From: Nostoc sp. DedSLP01
Lineage (GTDB): Bacteria > Cyanobacteriota > Cyanobacteriia > Cyanobacteriales > Nostocaceae
Direction of reading: 5' to 3'
Length of the DNA stretch: 64,000 bases
NCBI GenBank assembly: GCA_034530875.2
Contig: JAVRCJ020000016.1
Coordinates: forward strand, 96,001 to 160,000
Shown: one piece after another, positions 51,680-61,326 of the stretch
Numbering within the stretch: position 1 is the first letter of the stretch
Layout of the letters: each line of letters begins with the position of its first letter
Position numbers and translations under genes: made by a program
The notes under the pieces: model-generated
Told to the model about the DNA's origin: nothing
Seen by the model: the letters and a program-made list of their open reading frames with translations, nothing else
Databases searched by the model: none

Positions 51680-54600
51680 TTACACAGCTCCTCCATCCTG
51701 CTGCGATCGCAGTTGCGTTTCTGGCTGAGTTGCAGGCAAAGTTCTATGGCCAAATTCTGAAGTTCCATTTGGAGACTCTGGGGGATTTGAGCCTCCACGA
51801 CGGCCGCGAGAAAATATAGTCTCAGCCAAGGTTTTAATCAGAATGTAGAGAATTGGCACTAAGAACAAACTCAAGAACGTTGAAACCAGCAGTCCCCCAA
51901 ACAAGGCTGTACCTAAAGACCAACGGCTACTTGCTCCAGCTCCTTCAGAAATCACCAAGGGCAAAAATCCTAACAGCGCTGCAAAGGAAGTCATTAAAAT
52001 CGGTCGCAAACGTTCTTGTCCGGCTTTTACTGCGGCGCGGGTATAGCTCATGCCTCGCTCGTGCAGTTGATTGGCAAATTCCACGACTAGAATCGCGTTC
52101 TTGGCGGCTAGACCAATTAAGGTTACCAAACCTACTTGGCAATAAATATCATCTACTACCTTGGGAAACAGACTGCCAGCCATGAAAATATTCGATCGCA
52201 ACCAAATCGCTGTCATTGCTCCCAACACTGCCAGGGGAACTGTCAGCAAAATAATAATTGGGTCAACGTAACTTTCATATTGAGCCGCCAGTACTAAAAA
52301 TACAATAGCGATCGCTAAAGCAAAAATCAGTCCGGTAGCTCCTCCAGATGTCTTCTCTTGCAGATAAGTCCCCGTCCACTCGTAACCAAATCCCTGGGGT
52401 AATACCTCTGCGGCTACTTCCTCCATCGCTTTAATCGCCTGTCCGGAACTCGCACCAGGAGCCGGAGCGCCTTGGACTTTAATTGAGCGATACAAGTTAT
52501 AATGCGAGATTGTCTTTGGCCCTATAAAGGGAGTCACTTTCACCAGACTGCTCAAGGGGATCATCGCCCCAGTAGACGAGCGAACATATAACTTGCCAAT
52601 ATCATCGGGATTTGAACGGTAAACTCCATCTGCTTGCACGTATACTCGGTATTGTCGCTGTCCTTGGACAAAGTTATTCACGTATTGCGACCCCAAGTAA
52701 GATTGCAATGCCCCAAAGATATCATTAATTTCGACATTGAGAGCTTTGGCTTCGTTGCGGTTTACCTGGATTTCAAATTGCGGCGTATTGGCGGTGAATT
52801 GGGTAAAAACTCGTTGCAGAACGGGCTTTTGATTTGCTGCGGCAATGAACTTTTGAGTGACATCAACCAAAGTTTGAATCGGCGCGCTGCCCGTGCGGTC
52901 TTGGATAATAAACTCAAAACCACCCGTAGTACTTAATCCTCTCACTGGCGGAGCATTTACAGCGATCGCTCTAGCTTCGGTAATCCCAGACAGCTTTTTG
53001 TTGAGCCTTTGCAAGATGCCATAAACAGAATGAGATGCTTCGGTTCTTTCTTTCCAAGGTTTCAGGTTCGCAAAGGCAATACCCAAATTAGAAGCATTGC
53101 CATCAAAACCAAAACCGCTAATCATAAAACTAGCTCTCACTTCCGGAGCTGCTGTCACTTCCTTAGCAACCCGTTCCATCACCGATTCCGTGTATTTCAA
53201 AGAAACTCCATCAGGCCCCTGGACAATTACAAAGAAGTACCCTTGGTCTTCCTCTGGAATAAATCCTGTAGGCACTGTTTTGTACATGAAAACCGTTGCC
53301 AGTATACCAGCGATGAAAACTCCAATCACAACTGCCTTTATATGGGTAAGGAAGCTGACAAACCTCACATATCGGCGCGTGAACCAGCTAAATCCCCGAT
53401 TAAACAGCCCAAAAAACCAGCCCAAAGGCCCCCGTGGAGTTCGAGCAGGGCGCATGAGAATTGCTGCCATACTGGGAGAGAAGGTTAAAGCATTGAAAGT
53501 CGAAATCCCAATAGAACAAGCAATGGTCAACGCAAACTGCTTGTAAACAATCCCAGTCGTACCCGGAATAAATGCAACGGGAATGAATACCGCCATCAGT
53601 ACAAGCGAAGTAGCAATGACTGCCCCCGTCAACTCTTTCATAGCTTCTACGGCTGCGTCAAACGGCTTCATACCTTGTTCGAGTTTGACTGCAACAGCTT
53701 CCACCACAATGATGGCATCATCGACGACAATACCGATCGCTAGAACGAAACCAAATAAGGTCAGTGTATTAATTTGAAATCCTAGAACCAAAAGAGCCGC
53801 ACACGTCCCAATCAAAGAAACGGGGATCGCAACAGTAGGAATGATTGTGGTGCGCCAATCTTGCAAGAAAACAAAGATTACTAACACCACCAGTGCGATC
53901 GCTTCAACCAGCGTGTGCAGAACTTCTTCTAAGGAAATTTCCACAAACGGAGTGGTATCAAATGCTAACTGTGCTTTGAGTCCTGGCGGAAAATTCTTCG
54001 ATAGGATTTCAATTTGTTCTTCAACAGCATGGGCAACTTGTAAGGCATTACTACCAGGAAGTTGATATATCCCTAAACCAACAGCAGGCTTGGGATCTTT
54101 TCCTGGAATGGTAAATTTGGCATCAGCAAGATAGCTTTCTGCTCCTAGTTCAACTCGACCGACATCTTTAACTTTAACTAAGGTGTTAGCAGTGCCACCT
54201 TGCCCCACTTTTAACACCATCTCCTCAAATTCAGCAGCATCTTTGAATCGGCTGGTTGCCTTTAAAGCAAATTCAAAGCTTTGATTATCTGGGGCTGGTT
54301 CCTTGCCAATTGCCCCTGCGCCCACCTGAATATTCTGTTCTTGCAGCGCAGTTGTCACATCTTGAGGAGTTAGTTGATGTTGAGCAAGTTTGTTGGGATC
54401 GAGCCAGAGACGCATTGCATATTTGCGTTCTCCAAAAATTCTAGAACTGCCTACACCAGGAATGCGTTTAATTTGGTCGAGGATGAATAAGTCAACATAG
54501 TTACTAATAAAAATGTTGTCATATTCATTATTTTCTGAGTAAAAACCATAGACGAGCAGCAGACTAGTTGATGCTGTTTCAACAGTTACACCCGTTCTTT

Positions 54601-54970
54601 GAACAATATCCGGTAATTGAGATTCAGAGAGAGCTTCTTTATTTTGAACGTTTACTTGAGCAATATCGCTATTAACACTAGTTGGGAAGGAAACAGTTAT
54701 ATTGCTCGAACCATCATTACCTGTATTAGAAGAGATGTAAGATACATTTTTAACGCCATTAATTTGGCGCTCGATAATATTAGTAACAGTGCTTTCTGTT
54801 GTTTGAGCATCTGCACCAATATTATTAGAACTAACGTTGATTTGCACCGGAGCTAGATCCGGTAGCTGAGAAATCGGCAGCACAGGAATACAAATACTTC
54901 CCAGCAGCAAAATGATAAATGTACAGACGGTCGTCAGAACTGGACGCCTGATGAAAGTTTTGACAAACAT
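51680..54970 (-). CDS. RND efflux permease (AcrB/HAE1 family)
   Basis: FIRRPV, AMRLWLDP, GIVVDDAIIVVE, KNAILVVEFA, RLRPILMTS; start ATG 54970. Confidence 0.95.
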   Translation of the reverse strand: MFVKTFIRRPVLTTVCTFIILLLGSICIPVLPISQLPDLAPVQINVSSNNIGADAQTTESTVTNIIERQINGVKNVSYISSNTGNDGSSNITVSFPTSVNSDIAQVNVQNKEALSESQLPDIVQRTGVTVETASTSLLLVYGFYSENNEYDNIFISNYVDLFILDQIKRIPGVGSSRIFGERKYAMRLWLDPNKLAQHQLTPQDVTTALQEQNIQVGAGAIGKEPAPDNQSFEFALKATSRFKDAAEFEEMVLKVGQGGTANTLVKVKDVGRVELGAESYLADAKFTIPGKDPKPAVGLGIYQLPGSNALQVAHAVEEQIEILSKNFPPGLKAQLAFDTTPFVEISLEEVLHTLVEAIALVVLVIFVFLQDWRTTIIPTVAIPVSLIGTCAALLVLGFQINTLTLFGFVLAIGIVVDDAIIVVEAVAVKLEQGMKPFDAAVEAMKELTGAVIATSLVLMAVFIPVAFIPGTTGIVYKQFALTIACSIGISTFNALTFSPSMAAILMRPARTPRGPLGWFFGLFNRGFSWFTRRYVRFVSFLTHIKAVVIGVFIAGILATVFMYKTVPTGFIPEEDQGYFFVIVQGPDGVSLKYTESVMERVAKEVTAAPEVRASFMISGFGFDGNASNLGIAFANLKPWKERTEASHSVYGILQRLNKKLSGITEARAIAVNAPPVRGLSTTGGFEFIIQDRTGSAPIQTLVDVTQKFIAAANQKPVLQRVFTQFTANTPQFEIQVNRNEAKALNVEINDIFGALQSYLGSQYVNNFVQGQRQYRVYVQADGVYRSNPDDIGKLYVRSSTGAMIPLSSLVKVTPFIGPKTISHYNLYRSIKVQGAPAPGASSGQAIKAMEEVAAEVLPQGFGYEWTGTYLQEKTSGGATGLIFALAIAIVFLVLAAQYESYVDPIIILLTVPLAVLGAMTAIWLRSNIFMAGSLFPKVVDDIYCQVGLVTLIGLAAKNAILVVEFANQLHERGMSYTRAAVKAGQERLRPILMTSFAALLGFLPLVISEGAGASSRWSLGTALFGGLLVSTFLSLFLVPILYILIKTLAETIFSRGRRGGSNPPESPNGTSEFGHRTLPATQPETQLRSQQDGGAV

Positions 54971-54974
54971 AAGA

Positions 54975-55030
54975 CTGGGGGCTGGTGATTGGGGGCTGGG
55001 GACTGGTGACTGGTGACTGGTGACTGGTGA
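54975..55030. repeat. Heptamer short tandem repeats (STRR-like)
   Basis: (GACTGGT)n and GGGGCTG units. Confidence 0.8.
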
Positions 55031-55247
55031 ATAAGGAGTGGGGAGTAGAAAGTAGAAAATAAGTTGCAAGGCATCTTTCCCCAGACCTTTATACCTAAAG
55101 CCTCTTTCAATGCCCAGTCGCCAATCCCCAGTCCCCAGTCGCTAATCCCTAATTTCCAGCCCATTAAAATTTTTTATCGCAAACTGCCTCAAAAGTCCAA
55201 GATATATTGCTATAACCAAAAGGAATAGATAAAAATTACCAAACAGC

Positions 55248-56156
55248 ATGGATGCAGATTTACGGTTGCTTCGTTACTTTGTTGCGGTGGCACAAGAGTT
55301 GAACTTCACCCGTGCTGCTGAACAGTTATATATTTCACAACCAGCATTGTCTAAGCAAATTCGCCAACTAGAGCGAGAATTGGGCATTGAATTACTGCGC
55401 CGTAATAGTCGGGAAGTAAAACTGACTGCTGCTGGTGAAGCATTGTTGCCTTTAGCCCAAGGACTAATCCAGGATTGGCAGTTTACGTTATTAAAGCTGC
55501 GAGAAGTAGCGGCAAGGGAAACGCAGACATTACGCGTTGGTTTTGTTTGCAGGATTGGCAGTGAATTAACGAAATCTATTCTTTCACAGTTTCAAGCCCT
55601 ACAACCAGGGTGGAAGGTAGCAATTCGTTTCTTTGAGTTCTCAGATCCTACGGCTGGGCTACTCTCTGGCAATACTGATGTTGCTTTATTACGGTTGCCA
55701 GTTCCCAAACAAGAAAAAGTATTCACCGAAATCTTATTGGTTGAACCAAGATGGGTGGCTCTACCATCAGAACATCCACTCGCGCAACACCAAGTTTTAC
55801 AGATAGCTGATTTGGTTAACGAACCATTTATTACTTTGCCTGCTGAAACAGGAATATGGCGAGATCACTGGCTAGCAAAGAATGAGCGTGGTGGGCATCC
55901 AATTGTCTTTGGCACGGAAGTCAACAATATTAATGAGGCAATGGAAGCGGTGATTAACAATCAAGGAATAGCCCTAGTCTCAGAAACCACGGCACAAATT
56001 TATGCTTTGTCAGGACAAACTTTCCGCCGAGTTCAGGATGTCAGTCCTAGTGTCCTAGCTGTGGCGTGGCGGCGAGATTCTGCAAATAGTGTAGTTAAAG
56101 ACTTTGTACAAGCTTGCCTTGATGTGACTCAACATCTCCGGCCTCTGAATTGTTAA
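55248..56156 (+). CDS. LysR-type transcriptional regulator
   Basis: LRYFVAVAQELNFTRAAEQLYISQPALSKQIRQLE; divergent from the RND gene. Confidence 0.95.
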   Translation: MDADLRLLRYFVAVAQELNFTRAAEQLYISQPALSKQIRQLERELGIELLRRNSREVKLTAAGEALLPLAQGLIQDWQFTLLKLREVAARETQTLRVGFVCRIGSELTKSILSQFQALQPGWKVAIRFFEFSDPTAGLLSGNTDVALLRLPVPKQEKVFTEILLVEPRWVALPSEHPLAQHQVLQIADLVNEPFITLPAETGIWRDHWLAKNERGGHPIVFGTEVNNINEAMEAVINNQGIALVSETTAQIYALSGQTFRRVQDVSPSVLAVAWRRDSANSVVKDFVQACLDVTQHLRPLNC

Positions 56157-56228
56157 AGGAGGCAGGAGGCAGGAGGCAGGGGGCAGGAGCCAGGGGGCAG
56201 GAGGCAGGAGGCAGGGGGCAGGGGGCAG
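56157..56228 (+). repeat. (GGCAGGA/GGCAGGG)n heptamer array
   Basis: About 10 units; inverted counterpart at 56626-56692. Confidence 0.85.
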
Positions 56229-56546
56229 TTTCAATGAAATAATTTTCACAAACATGTATGAAAAAGGAATATCCCTTACACCCTTATTATGAGGATTGTA
56301 ATTTTGAATTTTGAATTCCCCAAACGGGTTGACTTGCTTTTTGAATTTGTATGTGATAATTTCTGCTTTAGTAATTCTACTGTTTTCCGACCGACTTATC
56401 GGATTTAGAGAAACTAAGCTGTCGAGCATCTAACGCAGCACATTTTTTTTCTTTAGACAGTCCAAATTCGAAAGTTTTTTGGCTATGAGTGCCAGTCACT
56501 CATGGCGAAATGATGCTATTGGGTTTGCTCTTGTGCTTGGTAAATC

Positions 56547-56697
56547 TATCGAAACAATCGGATCTAAAACCGTACTTCGTCCAAAGTTTTTGGAACGGGG
56601 TATAAATCCTCGTTACAAAAACGGCCTCCTGCCTCCTGCCTCCTGCCCCCTGCCCCCTGCCTCCTGCCCCCTGCCTCCTGCCCCCTGCCTCCGTTAA
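56547..56697 (-). mobile_element. Dispersed repeat family A, copy 4, with an expanded heptamer tract
   Basis: TATCGAAACAATCGGATCTAAAACC...(CCTGCCT/CCTGCCC)n CCGTTAA. Confidence 0.8.
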
Positions 56698-56715
56698 CCT
56701 TCAGGAATTTGATAC

Positions 56716-56919
56716 ATGACCAAAGTTTTGATTCTCGATGCCAACCAACAACCTTTATACCCAGTACGTATCAGCCGTGCTAGGCTGCTGTTGTCACAAG
56801 GGCAAGCTAGTGTATTCCAGCGATATCCGTTCACTATCATCCTCAAGGAGTCGCTTTCCCATTTAAAACTTGAGCAACTTGGCTTTAAAATTCACCCTGA
56901 TGTCAAAAATAAAAAGTAA
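56716..56919 (+). CDS. Stand-alone RRXRR/PLMP domain (IscB N-terminus-like), 67 aa
   Basis: MTKVLILDANQQPLYP...RARLLLSQGQASVFQRYPFTIILK...FKIHP; AGGA RBS; no RuvC/HNH follows. Confidence 0.75.
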   Translation: MTKVLILDANQQPLYPVRISRARLLLSQGQASVFQRYPFTIILKESLSHLKLEQLGFKIHPDVKNKK

Positions 56920-57014
56920 AAGTTTTATATGCAAACTTGTGAGCGATTCCCAATGGTAACTTTATTTTTGCTGTAACGTACTATTACTACGATCGCCAAA
57001 AATAAAAAAGTTAG

Positions 57015-57102
57015 TAAGTAGGTTGGCACAACAAAACGAAAGTATTTAAATAAAGATTAACTTAAGCTAAAGCTATGAGGAATATTTACGCCAACTTACT
57101 TA
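57015..57102. mobile_element. MITE-like element, TAAGTAG family
   Basis: TAAGTAGGTTGGC ... GCCAACTTACTTA. Confidence 0.65.
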
Positions 57103-57120
57103 GATTAATCAGGAATATAG

Positions 57121-57792
57121 ATGATTAATGATACTATCTTAGAACCATTGCCAGAAGACCAATGGTTTATTGAAAGCCAAGAACTGCGCTCTTTTATAGC
57201 AACAGTACGTGAAATTACTGCCAACACATCTGAAAATCGCACCCAAACCCTCGCTAAATTAGAACCCTATTTTCAAGAGCTACTTGCCCAACAGCAATGG
57301 TTGCCCGAAAAGTTTACCCGAGTCAACCCGGAAAGTAAAATGGGCGGTGGTATCGGTCAATGGCTACTTTATCGGGCTAAAGACCGTTCTTTGTCAGTTT
57401 TTAGCTTGGTAATTCCTCCAGGTTCAACCACTCCCGTCCACGACCATTTAGCTTGGGGATTGATTGGTTTATATAAAGGCAATCAAGAAGAAACAGTCTA
57501 TCGGCGTGTAGATAACGGCAATGCCGAAGGACATGCACAATTACAAATAACTGAAGTGCGATCGCTTGAAAGGGGGGATATTTACCGCCTCCTACCTCCA
57601 GATGGTGATATCCACGCTGTTAAAACCACATCCGAGAGTGAATCTGTATCGATTCATCTCCTGGGCAATGATACTGGTTGCGTCTGGCGTCACCAGTTCA
57701 TTCCAGAATCTCACAGCGTCAAATCTTTTCGTTCTGGATATTCTAATGCTCCCTGTAAAGAGGAGGAGGAAAAAGAATATGCCCAAGTATGA
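57121..57792 (+). CDS. Cysteine/thiol dioxygenase-like cupin
   Basis: TPVHDHLAWG, DIHAV, SIHLLG. Confidence 0.8.
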   Translation: MINDTILEPLPEDQWFIESQELRSFIATVREITANTSENRTQTLAKLEPYFQELLAQQQWLPEKFTRVNPESKMGGGIGQWLLYRAKDRSLSVFSLVIPPGSTTPVHDHLAWGLIGLYKGNQEETVYRRVDNGNAEGHAQLQITEVRSLERGDIYRLLPPDGDIHAVKTTSESESVSIHLLGNDTGCVWRHQFIPESHSVKSFRSGYSNAPCKEEEEKEYAQV

Positions 57793-58540
57793 AAGACCGC
57801 AACCCCCCGTATTCGAGCGAGTTGAAGACGAACGCCTGCACCGCAAGCAACGCCTAGCCGCCGCCCTGCGGTTGTTTGGTCGCCTTGGCTTTTGTGAGGG
57901 GGTCGCGGGTCATATTACAGTCCGCGATCCTGAGTTTACAGACCATTTTTGGATCAATCCACCGGGGACATACTTCGGTCATATCAAAGTTTCTGACCTG
58001 GTTTTGGTTAATAAAGATGGTGAAGTGGCCAAAGGCGACGCTGAGGTAAATCGAGCCAGTTTGACCATCCATTGTGAAATTCATGAGGCTCGACCTGATG
58101 TCATTGCAACTGCACACGCCCATTCAATTTATGGCAAAGCCTGGTCGAGTTTGGGGCGTCTCCTCGACCCCTTGACTCAAGATTCTTGTGCTTTTTACGA
58201 AGACCATGCATTATTTGAAGACCATACAGATAGTACATTAGATGCCTCACAAAGTAAGCGATTTGCTGAAGCTTTGGGCCCGAATAAAGCCCTAATCCTG
58301 CGTAACCACGGCATTTTAACTGTGGGAAATACGGTGGATGAAGCTGCTTTTTGGTACATTAACCTAGAGCGATCGTGTCAAGCACAACTGTTAGCAGAAG
58401 CCGCAGGTAGACCTAGTATTATCAAACACGAAACAGCCCGTTTAACCCACAGCCAAGTGGGATCGCCCACAAGCGGCTGGTTCGGCTTCCAGCCACTTTA
58501 CGAAAGGATTGTGCGGGATGAACCAGATTTGCTCGATTAG
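57779..58540 (+). CDS. Class II aldolase/adducin family protein
   Basis: EGVAGHITVRDP, IH.EIHEARPDV..AHAHS, LRNHG; start MPKYERP. Confidence 0.9.
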   Translation: MPKYERPQPPVFERVEDERLHRKQRLAAALRLFGRLGFCEGVAGHITVRDPEFTDHFWINPPGTYFGHIKVSDLVLVNKDGEVAKGDAEVNRASLTIHCEIHEARPDVIATAHAHSIYGKAWSSLGRLLDPLTQDSCAFYEDHALFEDHTDSTLDASQSKRFAEALGPNKALILRNHGILTVGNTVDEAAFWYINLERSCQAQLLAEAAGRPSIIKHETARLTHSQVGSPTSGWFGFQPLYERIVRDEPDLLD

Positions 58541-58583
58541 TCATTAGTCATTAGTTATTAGTCATTAGTCATTAGTCCTTTGT
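58537..58583. repeat. (TTAGTCA)n heptamer tandem repeat
   Basis: About 6 units directly after the stop codon. Confidence 0.8.
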
Positions 58584-58641
58584 CTAAAACTAATTACTAA
58601 TAACTAATGCCCCATGATGCTTATGAATTAGGAGATTAATT

Positions 58642-59463
58642 ATGACTAATGCTAGAGAATTATTGCGATCGCGTTACGGCGAAATTCCTTTCAATGCCGA
58701 AATTGAATGGAATGATTCTCTGACATCGCTATTATCTCACCGTTCAATTCGTTCTTATCTATCCGACCCTTTACCAGCGGGAACTCTGGAGTTATTAGTT
58801 GCAGCGGCCCAATCTGCATCTACTTCCTCAAATTTGCAAACCTGGAGTGTGGTAGCGGTCGAAAATCAAGAACGCAAAGATGAGTTATCAAAACTGGCGG
58901 GAAATCAAGCACACATTAGACAAGCGCCTTTATTCTTAGTTTGGTTAGCAGATTTAGCACGCCTGGCTTACGTTGCTGACAGTCGCGGCATATCCCATGA
59001 CGGTTTGGATTATTTGGAAATGTTTGTCATGGCAACGGTTGATGCGACATTAGCAGCGCAAAATGCCACAGTAGCTGCTGAGTCCCTCGGTTTGGGAACG
59101 GTATATATCGGTGGAATCCGCAACCGCCCGGAAGAAGTAGCAGCAATCTTGAATTTGCCTTCTTCTGTGTATGCTGTGTTTGGGCTGTGTATCGGCTATC
59201 CGAATCCAGAGGCGAATGCAGCAATTAAGCCGCGCTTACCACAATCAGCTGTGTTGCACCGAGAAACTTATAATTTGGCAGAACAAGATGAAGCGATCGC
59301 TCATTACAATAACATCATCAAAGAGTTCTATACTGAACAACAGATGAACGTTGCTGGTGATTGGTCAGAACATTCATCTGGGAGGATTGCAACTGTCGAG
59401 TCATTGAGAGGACGCGATCGCTTGCGGCAAGTTCTAAATAATCTAGGCTTCAAGTTACTGTAA
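58642..59463 (+). CDS. NADPH-dependent flavin reductase/nitroreductase (NfsA/Frp family)
   Basis: HRSIRSY, SASTSSNLQ, YIGGIRN, KPRLP. Confidence 0.9.
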   Translation: MTNARELLRSRYGEIPFNAEIEWNDSLTSLLSHRSIRSYLSDPLPAGTLELLVAAAQSASTSSNLQTWSVVAVENQERKDELSKLAGNQAHIRQAPLFLVWLADLARLAYVADSRGISHDGLDYLEMFVMATVDATLAAQNATVAAESLGLGTVYIGGIRNRPEEVAAILNLPSSVYAVFGLCIGYPNPEANAAIKPRLPQSAVLHRETYNLAEQDEAIAHYNNIIKEFYTEQQMNVAGDWSEHSSGRIATVESLRGRDRLRQVLNNLGFKLL

Positions 59464-59481
59464 ACAATAAATATCAAAATT

Positions 59482-60270
59482 ATGGATTTGCAACTCCGTG
59501 GCAAAGTCGCCTTAATAACAGCTGCTAGTAAAGGTTTGGGCAAAGCTACAGCAAGGCAATTTGCCCGTGAGGGTGCAAAGGTTGCTATCTGCGCCCGCAG
59601 TGAGTTAGTTGACAAAGCTGCTGCGGAAATTACTAGCGAAACAGATACCGAAGTCCTATCTCTGCGCGCAGATGTCACCAATCAAGCAGATATTGAACGG
59701 GTGATTAATGCCACAGTAGATAAATTCGGCGGGTTGGATATCCTCGTTACTAACGCCGGAGGGCCACCCGCTGGTACTTTTGATGATATCGATTTAGCAA
59801 CTTGGGAAACTTCGCTTAATTTAACTTTGCTGAGTGCAGTTCGCTTGGTGAAATACGCTTTACCTCACTTGCGCCAATCTAGCGCACCAGCGATTCTAAC
59901 TATTACCTCAACCTCAACTAAACAACCAGTCCAAAACCTTGTATTATCGAATTCCATTCGGTTAGCGGTTATTGGTTTAACTAAAACTCTCAGCCAAGAA
60001 TTGGGTAGCGATAAAATTCGCGTCAACAGCATTTTACCAGGCTGGACATATACACAACGAGTAGAAGAATTAATCAACGCCCGAATTGCTAAAAGTGGTG
60101 AAACAAAAGAAGCAGCAATTTCTCAAATCAGCGCTACAGTTCCTTTAGGTCGTATGGGAACGCCAGAAGAGTTTGCGAATGTGGCAGTATTTTTGAGTTC
60201 GCCAGCAGCCTCATTTGTGAATGGAGTCATGCTACAAGTAGATGGCGGAACGGTTCAAGGAACGTTTTGA
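59482..60270 (+). CDS. SDR family oxidoreductase
   Basis: TAASKGLG, NAGGP, PLGRMG.PEE, VDGG. Confidence 0.9.
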   Translation: MDLQLRGKVALITAASKGLGKATARQFAREGAKVAICARSELVDKAAAEITSETDTEVLSLRADVTNQADIERVINATVDKFGGLDILVTNAGGPPAGTFDDIDLATWETSLNLTLLSAVRLVKYALPHLRQSSAPAILTITSTSTKQPVQNLVLSNSIRLAVIGLTKTLSQELGSDKIRVNSILPGWTYTQRVEELINARIAKSGETKEAAISQISATVPLGRMGTPEEFANVAVFLSSPAASFVNGVMLQVDGGTVQGTF

Positions 60271-60756
60271 GGTATTATCGAAACATTGAATTGTTCCTTG
60301 ACGATCGCCATCGTCAATCGCTATTTCCCTAAACTTCCCTTTCGTGTAATCTAAAATGACACTGTGCCAAAATTTTTGAGCGACTGTATTTGTCTTCATT
60401 TGATAAATCTCCCACCTACCGCAAAATCCATCGAAGATTTGAGAAGCAACTAACTTACCAATTCCTTGCCGCCTATATTTTCGCAAGATAAAAAACTCTG
60501 CCATAGAATACTGATTGCTGAGAATATATGTGAACTGGTTCACTAAAACAAATCCAGCTAGCTTACCGCTTACGCGTACAATGAAAGGATAGCGATCGCT
60601 TTCAATCCAGTAATAATCTAGATATGGGTATCCAAAATAACCATGTTCGTCCAGATCTTGGTCTGCAAACTCTGAAAAGTCATACTGATAAAGCTCCATC
60701 ATCCTTTGGATGAGTGGTTTGTCATCAATTGCAGCAGATAACACCTCTACATACAT
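60232..60756 (-). CDS. GNAT acetyltransferase
   Basis: EFFILRKYRRQGIG, NTVAQKFW. Confidence 0.85.
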   Translation of the reverse strand: MYVEVLSAAIDDKPLIQRMMELYQYDFSEFADQDLDEHGYFGYPYLDYYWIESDRYPFIVRVSGKLAGFVLVNQFTYILSNQYSMAEFFILRKYRRQGIGKLVASQIFDGFCGRWEIYQMKTNTVAQKFWHSVILDYTKGKFREIAIDDGDRQGTIQCFDNTSKRSLNRSAIYL

Positions 60757-61326
60757 AATCTATCAAAAACAACATTTCTTAATAGTATTTAAAATTAGCA
60801 ACATAAATGTCTATAGATTTCTCTTGGCGTCAGGATATCAAATGAAATACTCTATCTGCGATAATAACGGCAGTAGCTCAATTAGACTATTTTTGATGAA
60901 AAGATTTTAGATTTTGGATTGGAAATTGCCTGATGTATCGGGCTTAATCTGTCGCCATCGTTTTTCAAATTGTTATAAAACTATTTCCTTCTTAAAAACT
61001 GGAAACAAAATTTTATCTGATGTTTTGGCAGAAGTTGACACATATCCACAACTATGCATATATCTTTCAAACATTCTCTAAAGTACGGAGAAAGGAAAGA
61101 CTTTTTTGTTATCAACTTTCCTTTTACCTTTCCCCCTTCTTCATTTTTTTATCATTTTCCCTATAATGCTAATAAGGAAAATATTTCTAACAGTAATGCT
61201 TGACTAAAATGAAATTAAATTATAAATTTTTAAAGGTGAATATATGAAAATATTGTATTTTTAATTCCAACTGTGTATATTAAGTTCCACTCAAAAGCAC
61301 AATAGCAAAAATTCCGAGAAAACTCC

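Noticed and set aside
51853..54856. Multiple + strand ORFs opposite the RND gene
   Set aside because: Antisense shadows with no recognisable motifs; the same applies to the short ORFs inside the kinases, FHA, CHAT and ABC genes.
54934..55164. Small ORF and the N-terminal extension of the RND gene
   Set aside because: Both derive from STRR repeats; the RND start fits MFVKTFIRRP at 54970.
56229..56546. Intact omega-RNA or complete IscB transposon
   Set aside because: I cannot recognise a canonical omega-RNA by eye and no nuclease domains follow; kept only as a hypothesis in the findings.
56055..56697. ORFs with LLPPASC-type repeats (56055-56429, 56479-56697; also 22219-22437)
   Set aside because: They are read-throughs of heptamer repeats and repeat family A.
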